Shown piece after piece: positions 53,601 to 63,998 of a DNA stretch of 64,000 bases. The stretch spans positions 64,001 through 128,000 of the forward strand of contig CP068257.2 of the NCBI GenBank assembly GCA_009914755.4. Direction: 5' to 3'. Every line of letters starts with the position of its first letter. The first letter of the stretch is position 1. Source of the DNA: the human T2T-CHM13v2.0 reference genome, Homo sapiens. Under the pieces are notes generated by a model that was not told the origin of the DNA, searched no databases, and saw only the letters and a list, made by a program, of their open reading frames with translations. The position numbers were made by a program, and so were the translations under genes.

Positions 53601-54810
53601 ACCACCAAACTCACCAGTTTCACTGAGTTACTCCCCGTTCTCTCTCATGTCTTCACCGCCAGCCCTCAGGGACTCTCCTGTTTGTCCCCGCTACTCTCCA
53701 ACCACGCCCACATTCCAGCTGGAGTCACTTGCAGGCACCCAGGAATTACCTACAAACTCAGCAGTTTCACTGAGTTACTCCCCAGTCTCTCTCATGTCTT
53801 CACCCCCAGCCCCCTGGGACTCTCCTGTCTGTCCCAGCTCCTCTCCCACCACGCCCAGATTTCAGAGGGAGTCAGCCTCCCACACTCCGGAATCACCTAC
53901 AGACTCACAGACTTCACGGAGGTCCTCCCTGGTCTCTCTCAGGTCTTTGCCCTCAGCCCACAGGGACTCTTGTGTCTCTTTCAGCTACTCTCGAAACTTC
54001 TCTAGATTCCAGCTGGACTCAGTTCCAGGCACCCACGACACACCACCAAACTCACGAATTTCACTGACTTACTCCCCAGTCTCTCTCATGTTCTCACCCC
54101 CAGCCCTCAGGGACTCTTCTGTCTCTCTCAGCTACTCTCCAGCCATCTCCACATCACACCTGGGGTCAGCTTCCCACACCCAGGAATCACCTACAAACTC
54201 ACGGACCTTACTGCAACCCTCCCCCATTTCTTTCACCTCTTCACCCCCTGCTTTCAGGGACTCTCCTGTGTCTCCCAGCTTCTCTCCAGCCTTCCCCAGA
54301 TTTCTGCCACAGTCAGCCCCAGGCACCCAGGGTTACCCTGGACACTCACAGGCCTCACGAGACTATTTCCCAATGACTTGTATCTATAGAGGGATGGCTC
54401 CCATACTTCCCTCAGTGACCTCAAACCCATCTCCACTTACACTCAGACACTCCCAGGGCCTGACAGCTACTCCCCGTTATTGTCCTTCAGCTCGAAGCCC
54501 TGGCCCATCTACTAGCCAACATGATGCAGCTACCTGGCCATGTCTCCACATTTCTGGGGAGGGCCCCACACCCAGCCGCAGAAGAGCCCCTCCTGCATTC
54601 CGTCCTCACACACAGGCCTGTCCATCCACTTGCTACTGTCACCCTCTTGCCAGCAGAAGAGGCCCCTGTAATGGCCGATATCACCGCCCAGTCTATCCTC
54701 ACCCCACAGCTGTGCAGCGGGACCCTCCTGCTGGCCCACGTGGCTGCCACAGCCCATGCTGGCACGACGCTCCAGCATGTCGGCGTCCCTGCGGGCCACG
54801 CTACCGCTGA
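50677..54810 (+). CDS. Ser/Pro-rich tandem-repeat protein, 1377 aa (type B, copy 8)
   Basis: Intact ORF with a few residue differences from copy 7. Confidence 0.6.
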   Translation: MSAPKNTRVLSGSSYERSPSPDSPRSMLASPSFSLSPLRNSDLRGSSSPGIRSYHSPSPRASPHSPLSSPVSHNLPFPCPIRDGQSMKPLGSPVSSSEDSTESPRSSVIYHMFLLPSPSSSPPALWESPGSPSYSPNNPRFQLESAPHTQESPANSRASRCSSPMSFISSPPGLRDSPVAPSYSQAIPMFLRESAPCTQESPRDSQVSGEYERSPSPDSSRFMPASPSIYLSPPRNSDPRGSSSQGMWKYSTSSRRASPLSHPSSAEFHNFTFPFPNQAGQSLMSLCSPVSSSGDSSQSPHSSIIYHMFLLPSSSSSPPATNDSPVCPSYSPTTPRFQRASVSNTPETPTNSQTSVRSSPVSLTSSPPGLTDPPVSPSYYPTTRTFQRGSDPGTQGAPPSPPLSLCYSPVSSTSLSPTLRDSPVCPSYSPTTPTFQRESVAGNQQSPANSPITLRYSPVSLMSSPALRDSPVCPSYSATTPTFQLESVRGSPESPPISPITLNYSPVSLMSSPALRDSPVCPSYSPTTPRFQLQAVPCSPESTPNSPISLNYSPVSLMSSPALRDSPICPSYSPTTPRFQLEAVPCTQESPPNSPISLNYSPVSLMSSPSLRDSPVCLSYSPTTPTFQLEYLRGTPESPPNSPISLNYSPVSLMSSPALRDSPDCPSYSPTTSRFQLEAVPCSPESTPNSPISLNYSPVSLMSSPAIRDSPVCPSYSPTTPTCQLESVRDTPESPPNSPISLNYTPVSLMSSPAIRDSPVCPSYSPKTPTFQLESVPGTLESPPNSPISLNYSPVSLMSSPALRDPPVCPSYSPTTPRFQLASVPGTPESPPNSPVSLSYSPVSLMSSPPALRDSPVCPSYSPTTPTFQLESVPGTPESPPNSPISLNYSPVSLMSSPALRDSPVCPSYSPTTPRFQLEAVPCTPESPPNSPISLNYSLVSLMSSPVLRDPPVCPSYSPTTPRFQLESVPGTAESPPNSPVSLSYSPFSLMSSPPALRDSPVCPRYSPTTPTFQLESLAGTQELPTNSAVSLSYSPVSLMSSPPAPWDSPVCPSSSPTTPRFQRESASHTPESPTDSQTSRRSSLVSLRSLPSAHRDSCVSFSYSRNFSRFQLDSVPGTHDTPPNSRISLTYSPVSLMFSPPALRDSSVSLSYSPAISTSHLGSASHTQESPTNSRTLLQPSPISFTSSPPAFRDSPVSPSFSPAFPRFLPQSAPGTQGYPGHSQASRDYFPMTCIYRGMAPILPSVTSNPSPLTLRHSQGLTATPRYCPSARSPGPSTSQHDAATWPCLHISGEGPTPSRRRAPPAFRPHTQACPSTCYCHPLASRRGPCNGRYHRPVYPHPTAVQRDPPAGPRGCHSPCWHDAPACRRPCGPRYR
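51643..54366 (+). repeat. 144-bp coding minisatellite, ~19 repeats (copy 8)
   Basis: Same offsets from the ATG as copy 7. Confidence 0.9.
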
Positions 54811-55036
54811 CATGGCTAGCATCACCCTCCTTCCTGGCAGTGACACTGCTGATTTGAACCCCAGTTTCACAGCTGTCATTTGTAAATAGGACCATTTTCC
54901 CTTTTCTCTCTCCCTTCCATTCACAGGGCTTCTCATTCCCTCTGTTTCTGCCTCCGTTTCAGAGATTTACTCACCTTTTTCTCTCTCACTATGTCTGCCG
55001 TGGTCTCCATAAGAGTGTGCCACATAAAATTGCCCC

Positions 55037-55083
55037 ATTAAAAGTCATGAATTGAGTGGATTTTAGTATACCTGTGGTTGTGC
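55037..55083 (+). terminator. Predicted poly(A) signal of copy 8
   Basis: ATTAAA 55037-55042. Confidence 0.5.
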
Positions 55084-55369
55084 ACATTCAATTTTAATTC
55101 GCAATCCATTTTAGAAGGTTTTATCACCCCCGACCAGAGAAACACCCTGTGGACAATAGTCACTCCTCATTCTGTCTCAAACCCTCTCCCTGACCCTCAG
55201 CCCTAGGTAACAACTGCATAGAGCGATCAACCCCATATGCATAGATTTCCATATTGTGGACAGTTCCTATAAACGGAATTGCACAATACGTGAGCTTTTG
55301 TGACTGACATAACACTTTTAGCACAATATTTTCAAGATTCATCCACATTGCAGCCTTACCCACAGGGGG
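55060..55369 (-). mobile_element. Antisense L1-like segment, type B (after copy 8)
   Basis: Repeat of 40188-40497. Confidence 0.5.
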
Positions 55370-55402
55370 AAACCGCATTTTGTGGTTTCAGTAACACCGG
55401 GT

Positions 55403-55499
55403 GTTTTCTCCTTCCTTCCGTCTTTCCTTCCTTCCTTCCTTCCTTCCTTCCTTCCTTCCTTCCTTCCTCCCTTCCTCCCTTCCTTCCTCCCTTCCTCCC
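55403..55499. repeat. (TTCC)n tract, type B
   Basis: Direct reading. Confidence 0.95.
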
Positions 55500-56230
55500 A
55501 TTTCTCTCTTATTCCTTCTGCCCTCTCTCTTTCATATGCCTTAGGTGCATCCTACGTCCTGCGTCTTTTTGGGGAATCCTCGACAGGTGCTGGAAAATTG
55601 TGTTATTGTAATTATTTACCGGTATCTCTCTTTCATGGTTCTCCATCAGTTGTAAGCATCTATTGGTTTATCCCAGGTCACTAAGTATATTTTAATTAGC
55701 TACACCTGTTTTTCTTTATACACCTGTTTCTGGAGTATAGGGTCGCATACTCATAAACCCAGTGTAACTCAGAAACGCATCTAATATTCCAATAGACCCA
55801 TCATAACGTTGAAAAATCATAAATCAAACCAACTTAAGTCACGATTTGGCGCTGGATATGGGCTCCATCAATTCCATTGTATTCAATAATGCTGTACACC
55901 ATTAACAATGGCAGACTGATTGGGCGTGGATGTGGATAACATTATAAAAATCAGTTATTAGAGGGATACTTTAACCTGACGGAAGAGCTGATCTAATGGT
56001 ATTAGTACAGTGATGATTATGTGAGATGTTTTGAGACAGAGTAGTACATTTGTGTATGAGATTCTGTGGCTTTTTTCACTTAGTAGGAACCTTTGTGTGT
56101 GGAAAACTGAGAAAATTGCTTTGTGCTGTAGAGTCTGGCATTCGTTGTAGATTAAAGCTTATTTTTCTGGATGTAAATCTTATTCAATAAAATACTACTC
56201 TTTATAATAAAAAACAAAGACACTGGTGAT

Positions 56231-56565
56231 GTGAAGTCATTATCCTCAGCAAACTAATCCAGGAACAGAAAACCAAACGCCACATTCTCACTTATAATGG
56301 GAGCTGAAAAATGGGATCACGTGGACACAGGAAGGGGAACAACACACACTGGGGCCTTTCGGGAGGCAGAGCGTTAAGAAAAACAGCTACCGCATGCTGG
56401 GCTTAATACCTAGGTGATGGGTTGACAGGTGCAGCAAACCACCGTGGCACACGTTTACCTTAGTAACAAATCTGCACAGCCTGCCCATATATTCCAGAAC
56501 TTAGAAACGAAACGAAAGCAAAGAAAACGAGAAAGCGATAGCAAAACGCTAACGGCGAAACAGAG
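56231..56565 (+). mobile_element. Same truncated L1 3' end (unit 9)
   Basis: Copy at +7436. Confidence 0.85.
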
Positions 56566-57728
56566 TTTCAAACTCAGAAAGTGAGAGACCAATGTTTGGT
56601 TCAAATCATGGTTCTCAACCCAGGTGCCATAAGGTCAGGATAAAGAATTTGATGACGTATTGTAAATAAGACATGCAGCGGAGGACCAGAAAAATCGTTC
56701 TCAACATACGTGTGGCTTCGAGTTCAACGGTGACGCTATCTACAGTGACATAGCATTAGATTCCAAAGGGCCGAGTCCCGCAAGACTGGCCTCCCACACT
56801 AATAATAATGGGAAGCGCTACGTTGCTTTCCCTGTGCTTCTCAGCAACTGGCTATAAATCAGGTTTCCACCACTCCCAGTTTTAGTTGCATTCATTTGCT
56901 GGAAGAGCTCACAGCACGCAGGGAAACACTGACATTTCCCATTTTTTGTATTTTAGCAGATATTGCAAAAACTTCAGAAAAAACTTTTGGGCCCGGCATG
57001 TGGGGAGGGGCTCACTGCCTTCCAGGAAGTGTTATCCAGAAGCTCTCTAAACCCAGTCCTTTTGGGTTTTTATGGAGACCTCATTCTATAGGCATGATGG
57101 GTTAAACCATAGGCTATTGGTGATCAACTCAACCTGGGGCTCTCAACCCTCCCTGGAAATTGGGGTTGAGGCTTTGCCATTCTCAGTCTGAGTAAAAGAA
57201 TTTACGCAAACGGAATTTTAAAACAGATTAGCATATCTGGAAACTTAACTAGATGACGGAATTATCTGGAGCCACACCTTGATATTCCTAACCCGAGCAC
57301 CCTCATCCAAAGAATGCTCCACCCAACTGGCTCCCAAGTCTCTACGGGGTTCCAGAGCAAAAGAATGTTTATACAGCGCATATCTCCACCTTTTCTTCAA
57401 AGTCTTTTCGCTTACACGGAAAGACTTCTTCAACTGCCATGCATCAGGGTCAGGGGGAGGTCTTGTTACAACACAGATCTGCGGATCTCCGGGGCTTGAT
57501 TGTGGCAAGGATGCTGCTGGTGTCAAAACCACAACGTGGGAACCACAGAACCACTAGTTGGTTTTCAGTGTTTCAGTGCATACAATTCCTGATATATCTG
57601 GCCAAGAAAACTTGTAAGTTCTTAGATTGTCCCAAAGGTGGCGCATGAAATCAAATCAGGAGAACAGTTTCCTACGAGGTGTAGCCTGGGAACCTTGGGG
57701 GTGACTGATGGAAAGGAGGAGTGAAGCT

Positions 57729-57797
57729 CCGCCCTTTCCGCTGCGAGGCTGAGCCCGAGGCTATTTAAACCCACCCTGGCTGGCCTGTACTCAGATC
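57729..57797 (+). promoter_or_regulatory. Predicted core promoter of copy 9
   Basis: TATTTAAA 57762-57769; Inr A at 57793. One substitution lies just upstream (gagcccgagg vs gcgcccgagg). Confidence 0.55.
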
Positions 57798-57916
57798 TTC
57801 GCAGAGCGGAGCAGCGGCCGGAGCGTTTGGCGGACTCTGCGTGGACTTGGAGCTCACAGCGTCTTGCGACTTGGAAGCGGATTCAGAGGACAGGACAGAA
57901 CACTTGGGCAAGTGAA

Positions 57917-58051
57917 TCTCTGTCTGTCTGTCTGTCTCATTGGTTGGTTTATTTCCATTTTCTTAAGGAGCACATACCTCACACCACACACACACAAACA
58001 CACACACACACACGCACGCACGCACGCACACACACACACACACACACACAC
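57917..58051. repeat. Leader compound microsatellite, copy 9
   Basis: Direct reading. Same length as copy 8 but a different CA vs CG pattern. Confidence 0.95.
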
Positions 58052-58112
58052 TAATTCATTCTGCGGGTTAGGAAATTAGTAGGGGTCTCTGGGAGCTGCA
58101 GGTTTCCTAATC

Positions 58113-61100
58113 ATGTCTGCACCTAAGAACACTAGGGTCTTGTCTGGCTCTTCTTATGAACGGTCCCCCAGCCCGGACTCCCCAAGATCCATGCTAGCCT
58201 CACCCAGCTTCTCCCTCTCCCCTCTCAGAAACTCAGACTTAAGAGGAAGCTCCTCACCAGGGATCCGGAGCTACCATTCACCATCCCCTAGGGCTTCACC
58301 ACACTCACCTCTGTCATCACCAGTATCCCACAATCTCCCATTTCCCTGTCCTATCCGTGATGGACAATCCATGAAGCCATTGGGCTCTCCCGTGTCCTCC
58401 TCTGAGGATTCTACAGAGTCACCACGTTCATCAGTAATATACCACATGTTCCTACTGCCATCACCCAGCAGCTCACCCCCAGCTCTCTGGGAGTCTCCTG
58501 GGTCTCCCAGCTACTCTCCAAACAACCCCAGATTTCAGCTGGAGTCAGCCCCCCACACCCAGGAATCACCTGCAAACTCACGAGCCTCACGGTGCTCCTC
58601 CCCTATGTCTTTCATCTCTTCACCCCCAGGCCTCAGGGACTCTCCTGTGGCTCCCAGTTACTCTCAAGCCATCCCCATGTTCCTGCGGGAGTCAGCCCCA
58701 TGCACTCAGGAGTCCCCCAGAGACTCACAGGTCTCGGGAGAATATGAGCGCTCCCCCAGCCCTGACTCCTCAAGATTCATGCCTGCCTCACCCAGCATCT
58801 ACCTCTCCCCTCCCAGGAACTCAGACCCAAGGGGCAGCTCCTCACAAGGGATGTGGAAGTACTCTACATCATCCCGCAGGGCTTCACCACTCTCACATCC
58901 GTCATCGGCAGAATTCCACAACTTTACATTTCCCTTTCCTAACCAAGCAGGACAATCACTCATGTCATTGTGTTCTCCCGTGTCCTCCTCTGGAGATTCC
59001 TCACAGTCACCCCATTCATCAATAATATACCATATGTTCTTACTGCCATCATCCAGCAGCTCACCCCCAGCCACCAATGACTCTCCTGTCTGTCCCAGCT
59101 ACTCTCCAACTACGCCCAGATTTCAGCGGGCGTCGGTATCCAACACCCCAGAAACACCTACAAACTCACAGACCTCAGTGAGATCCTCGCCAGTCTCTCT
59201 CACGTCTTCACCCCCAGGCCTTACGGACCCTCCAGTCTCTCCCAGCTACTATCCAACCACGCGCACATTTCAGCGCGGGTCAGATCCAGGAACCCAGGGA
59301 TCACCACCAAGCCCACCACTTTCACTGTGTTACTCCCCAGTCTCAAGCACGTCTTTATCTCCAACCCTCAGGGACTCTCCTGTCTGTCCCAGCTATTCTC
59401 CAACCACGCCCACGTTTCAGCGGGAGTCCGTTGCAGGCACCCAGCAATCACCAGCAAACTCACCAATTTCACTGCGTTACTCCCCAGTCTCTCTCATGTC
59501 TTCACCAGCCCTGAGGGACTCTCCCGTCTGTCCCAGCTACTCTGCAACCACACCCACATTTCAGCTGGAGTCCGTTCGAGGCTCCCCGGAGTCACCACCA
59601 ATCTCACCAATTACACTCAATTACTCTCCAGTCTCTCTCATGTCTTCACCAGCCCTCAGGGACTCTCCCGTCTGTCCCAGCTACTCTCCAACAACCCCCA
59701 GATTTCAGCTGCAAGCAGTTCCTTGCTCCCCGGAATCAACACCAAACTCACCAATTTCACTCAATTACTCTCCAGTCTCTCTCATGTCTTCACCAGCCCT
59801 CAGGGACTCTCCCATCTGTCCCAGCTACTCTCCAACCACGCCCAGATTTCAGCTGGAAGCAGTTCCTTGCACCCAGGAATCACCGCCAAACTCACCAATT
59901 TCACTCAATTACTCCCCAGTCTCTCTCATGTCTTCACCATCCCTCAGGGACTCTCCCGTCTGTCTCAGCTACTCTCCAACCACGCCCACATTTCAGCTGG
60001 AGTACCTTCGAGGCACCCCGGAGTCACCACCAAACTCACCAATTTCACTCAATTACTCTCCAGTCTCTCTCATGTCTTCACCAGCCCTCAGGGACTCTCC
60101 CGACTGTCCCAGCTACTCTCCAACAACGTCCAGATTTCAGCTGGAAGCAGTTCCTTGCTCCCCAGAATCAACACCAAACTCACCAATTTCACTCAATTAC
60201 TCTCCAGTCTCTCTCATGTCTTCACCAGCCATCAGGGACTCTCCCGTCTGTCCCAGCTACTCTCCAACCACGCCCACATGTCAGCTGGAGTCCGTTCGAG
60301 ACACCCCGGAGTCACCACCAAACTCACCAATTTCACTCAATTACACTCCAGTCTCTCTCATGTCTTCACCAGCCATCAGGGACTCTCCCGTCTGTCCCAG
60401 CTACTCTCCAAAGACGCCCACATTTCAGCTGGAGTCTGTTCCAGGCACACTGGAGTCACCACCAAACTCACCAATTTCACTCAATTACTCTCCAGTCTCT
60501 CTCATGTCTTCACCAGCCCTCAGGGACCCTCCTGTCTGTCCCAGCTACTCTCCAACCACCCCCAGATTTCAGCTGGCGTCAGTTCCAGGCACCCCGGAGT
60601 CACCACCAAACTCACCAGTTTCACTGAGTTACTCCCCGGTCTCTCTCATGTCTTCACCGCCAGCCCTCAGGGACTCTCCTGTGTGTCCCAGCTACTCTCC
60701 AACCACGCCCACATTTCAGCTGGAGTCAGTTCCAGGCACCCCGGAGTCACCACCAAACTCACCAATTTCACTCAATTACTCTCCAGTCTCTCTCATGTCT
60801 TCACCAGCCCTCAGGGACTCTCCTGTCTGTCCCAGCTACTCTCCAACCACGCCCAGATTTCAGCTGGAAGCAGTTCCTTGCACCCCAGAATCACCTCCAA
60901 ACTCACCAATTTCACTCAATTACTCTCTAGTCTCTCTCATGTCTTCACCAGTCCTCAGGGACCCTCCTGTCTGTCCCAGCTACTCTCCAGCCACACCCAG
61001 ATTTCAGTTGGAGTCAGTTCCAGGCACCGCGGAGTCACCACCAAACTCACCAGTTTCACTGAGTTACTCCCCGTTCTCTCTCATGTCTTCACCGCCAGCC

Positions 61101-62246
61101 CTCAGGGACTCTCCTGTTTGTCCCCGCTACTCTCCAACCACGCCCACATTCCAGCTGGAGTCACTTGCAGGCACCCAGGAATTACCTACAAACTCAGCAG
61201 TTTCACTGAGTTACTCCCCAGTCTCTCTCATGTCTTCACCCCCAGCCCCCTGGGACTCTCCTGTCTGTCCCAGCTCCTCTCCCACCACGCCCAGATTTCA
61301 GAGGGAGTCAGCCTCCCACACTCCGGAATCACCTACAGACTCACAGACTTCACGGAGGTCCTCCCTGGTCTCTCTCAGGTCTTTGCCCTCAGCCCACAGG
61401 GACTCTTGTGTCTCTTTCAGCTACTCTCGAAACTTCTCTAGATTCCAGCTGGACTCAGTTCCAGGCACCCACGACACACCACCAAACTCACGAATTTCAC
61501 TGACTTACTCCCCAGTCTCTCTCATGTTCTCACCACCAGCCCTCAGGGACTCTTCTGTCTCTCTCAGCTACTCTCCAGCCATCTCCACATCACACCTGGG
61601 GTCAGCTTCCCACACCCAGGAATCACCTACAAACTCACGGACCTTACTGCAACCCTCCCCCATTTCTTTCACCTCTTCACCCCCTGCTTTCAGGGACTCT
61701 CCTGTGTCTCCCAGCTTCTCTCCAGCCTTCCCCAGATTTCTGCCACAGTCAGCCCCAGGCACCCAGGGTTACCCTGGACACTCACAGGCCTCACGAGACT
61801 ATTTCCCAATGACTTGTATCTATAGAGGGATGGCTCCCATACTTCCCTCAGTGACCTCAAACCCATCTCCACTTACACTCAGACACTCCCAGGGCCTGAC
61901 AGCTACTCCCCGTTATTGTCCTTCAGCTCGAAGCCCTGGCCCATCTACTAGCCAACATGATGCAGCTACCTGGCCATGTCTCCACATTTCTGGGGAGGGC
62001 CCCACACCCAGCCGCAGAAGAGCCCCTCCTGCATTCCGTCCTCACACACAGGCCTGTCCATCCACTTGCTACTGTCACCCTCTTGCCAGCAGAAGAGGCC
62101 CCTGTAATGGCCGATATCACCGCCCAGTCTATCCTCACCCCACAGCTGTGCAGCGGGACCCTCCTGCTGGCCCACGTGGCTGCCACAGCCCATGCTGGCA
62201 CGACGCTCCAGCATGTCGGCGTCCCTGCGGGCCACGCTACCGCTGA
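58113..62246 (+). CDS. Ser/Pro-rich tandem-repeat protein, 1377 aa (type B, copy 9)
   Basis: Intact ORF with a few residue differences from copies 7 and 8. Confidence 0.6.
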   Translation: MSAPKNTRVLSGSSYERSPSPDSPRSMLASPSFSLSPLRNSDLRGSSSPGIRSYHSPSPRASPHSPLSSPVSHNLPFPCPIRDGQSMKPLGSPVSSSEDSTESPRSSVIYHMFLLPSPSSSPPALWESPGSPSYSPNNPRFQLESAPHTQESPANSRASRCSSPMSFISSPPGLRDSPVAPSYSQAIPMFLRESAPCTQESPRDSQVSGEYERSPSPDSSRFMPASPSIYLSPPRNSDPRGSSSQGMWKYSTSSRRASPLSHPSSAEFHNFTFPFPNQAGQSLMSLCSPVSSSGDSSQSPHSSIIYHMFLLPSSSSSPPATNDSPVCPSYSPTTPRFQRASVSNTPETPTNSQTSVRSSPVSLTSSPPGLTDPPVSPSYYPTTRTFQRGSDPGTQGSPPSPPLSLCYSPVSSTSLSPTLRDSPVCPSYSPTTPTFQRESVAGTQQSPANSPISLRYSPVSLMSSPALRDSPVCPSYSATTPTFQLESVRGSPESPPISPITLNYSPVSLMSSPALRDSPVCPSYSPTTPRFQLQAVPCSPESTPNSPISLNYSPVSLMSSPALRDSPICPSYSPTTPRFQLEAVPCTQESPPNSPISLNYSPVSLMSSPSLRDSPVCLSYSPTTPTFQLEYLRGTPESPPNSPISLNYSPVSLMSSPALRDSPDCPSYSPTTSRFQLEAVPCSPESTPNSPISLNYSPVSLMSSPAIRDSPVCPSYSPTTPTCQLESVRDTPESPPNSPISLNYTPVSLMSSPAIRDSPVCPSYSPKTPTFQLESVPGTLESPPNSPISLNYSPVSLMSSPALRDPPVCPSYSPTTPRFQLASVPGTPESPPNSPVSLSYSPVSLMSSPPALRDSPVCPSYSPTTPTFQLESVPGTPESPPNSPISLNYSPVSLMSSPALRDSPVCPSYSPTTPRFQLEAVPCTPESPPNSPISLNYSLVSLMSSPVLRDPPVCPSYSPATPRFQLESVPGTAESPPNSPVSLSYSPFSLMSSPPALRDSPVCPRYSPTTPTFQLESLAGTQELPTNSAVSLSYSPVSLMSSPPAPWDSPVCPSSSPTTPRFQRESASHTPESPTDSQTSRRSSLVSLRSLPSAHRDSCVSFSYSRNFSRFQLDSVPGTHDTPPNSRISLTYSPVSLMFSPPALRDSSVSLSYSPAISTSHLGSASHTQESPTNSRTLLQPSPISFTSSPPAFRDSPVSPSFSPAFPRFLPQSAPGTQGYPGHSQASRDYFPMTCIYRGMAPILPSVTSNPSPLTLRHSQGLTATPRYCPSARSPGPSTSQHDAATWPCLHISGEGPTPSRRRAPPAFRPHTQACPSTCYCHPLASRRGPCNGRYHRPVYPHPTAVQRDPPAGPRGCHSPCWHDAPACRRPCGPRYR
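59079..61802 (+). repeat. 144-bp coding minisatellite, ~19 repeats (copy 9)
   Basis: Same offsets from the ATG as copy 7. Confidence 0.9.
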
Positions 62247-62472
62247 CATGGCTAGCATCACCCTCCTTCCTGGCAGTGACACTGCTGATTTGAACCCCAG
62301 TTTCACAGCTGTCATTTGTAAATAGGACCATTTTCCCTTTTCTCTCTCCCTTCCATTCACAGGGCTTCTCATTCCCTCTGTTTCTGCCTCCGTTTCAGAG
62401 ATTTACTCACCTTTTTCTCTCTCACTATGTCTGCCGTGGTCTCCATAAGAGTGTGCCACATAAAATTGCCCC

Positions 62473-62519
62473 ATTAAAAGTCATGAATTGAGTGGATTTT
62501 AGTATACCTGTGGTTGTGC
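62473..62519 (+). terminator. Predicted poly(A) signal of copy 9
   Basis: ATTAAA 62473-62478. Confidence 0.5.
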
Positions 62520-62805
62520 ACATTCAATTTTAATTCGCAATCCATTTTAGAAGGTTTTATCACCCCCGACCAGAGAAACACCCTGTGGACAATAGTCACT
62601 CCTCATTCTGTCTCAAACCCTCTCCCTGACCCTCAGCCCTAGGTAACAACTGCATAGAGCGATCAACCCCATATGCATAGATTTCCATATTGTGGACAGT
62701 TCCTATAAACGGAATTGCACAATACGTGAGCTTTTGTGACTGACATAACACTTTTAGCACAATATTTTCAAGATTCATCCACATTGCAGCCTTACCCACA
62801 GGGGG
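62496..62805 (-). mobile_element. Antisense L1-like segment, type B (after copy 9)
   Basis: Repeat of 40188-40497. Confidence 0.5.
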
Positions 62806-62838
62806 AAACCGCATTTTGTGGTTTCAGTAACACCGGGT

Positions 62839-62931
62839 GTTTTCTCCTTCCTTCCGTCTTTCCTTCCTTCCTTCCTTCCTTCCTTCCTTCCTTCCTTCCT
62901 CCCTTCCTCCCTTCCTTCCTCCCTTCCTCCC
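62839..62931. repeat. (TTCC)n tract, type B, one TTCC shorter
   Basis: Direct reading; 93 bp vs 97 bp. Confidence 0.95.
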
Positions 62932-63663
62932 ATTTCTCTCTTATTCCTTCTGCCCTCTCTCTTTCATATGCCTTAGGTGCATCCTACGTCCTGCGTCTTT
63001 TTGGGGAATCCTCGACAGGTGCTGGAAAATTGTGTTATTGTAATTATTTACCGGTATCTCTCTTTCATGGTTCTCCATCAGTTGTAAGCATCTATTGGTT
63101 TATCCCAGGTCACTAAGTATATTTTAATTAGCTACACCTGTTTTTCTTTATACACCTGTTTCTGGAGTATAGGGTCGCATACTCATAAACCCAGTGTAAC
63201 TCAGAAACGCATCTAATATTCCAATAGACCCATCATAACGTTGAAAAATCATAAATCAAACCAACTTAAGTCACGATTTGGCGCTGGATATGGGCTCCAT
63301 CAATTCCATTGTATTCAATAATGCTGTACACCATTAACAATGGCAGACTGATTGGGCGTGGATGTGGATAACATTATAAAAATCAGTTATTAGAGGGATA
63401 CTTTAACCTGACGGAAGAGCTGATCTAATGGTATTAGTACAGTGATGATTATGTGAGATGTTTTGAGACAGAGTAGTACATTTGTGTATGAGATTCTGTG
63501 GCTTTTTTCACTTAGTAGGAACCTTTGTGTGTGGAAAACTGAGAAAATTGCTTTGTGCTGTAGAGTCTGGCATTCGTTGTAGATTAAAGCTTATTTTTTC
63601 TGGATGTAAATCTTATTCAATAAAATACTACTCTTTATAATAAAAAACAAAGACACTGGTGAT

Positions 63664-63998
63664 GTGAAGTCATTATCCTCAGCAAACTAATCCAGGAACA
63701 GAAAACCAAACGCCACATTCTCACTTATAATGGGAGCTGAAAAATGGGATCACGTGGACACAGGAAGGGGAACAACACACACTGGGGCCTTTCGGGAGGC
63801 AGAGCGTTAAGAAAAACAGCTACCGCATGCTGGGCTTAATACCTAGGTGATGGGTTGACAGGTGCAGCAAACCACCGTGGCACACGTTTACCTTAGTAAC
63901 AAATCTGCACAGCCTGCCCATATATTCCAGAACTTAGAAACGAAACGAAAGCAAAGAAAACGAGAAAGCGATAGCAAAACGCTAACGGCGAAACAGAG
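63664..63998 (+). mobile_element. Same truncated L1 3' end (unit 10, at the window edge)
   Basis: Copy, net -3 bp offset. Confidence 0.85.
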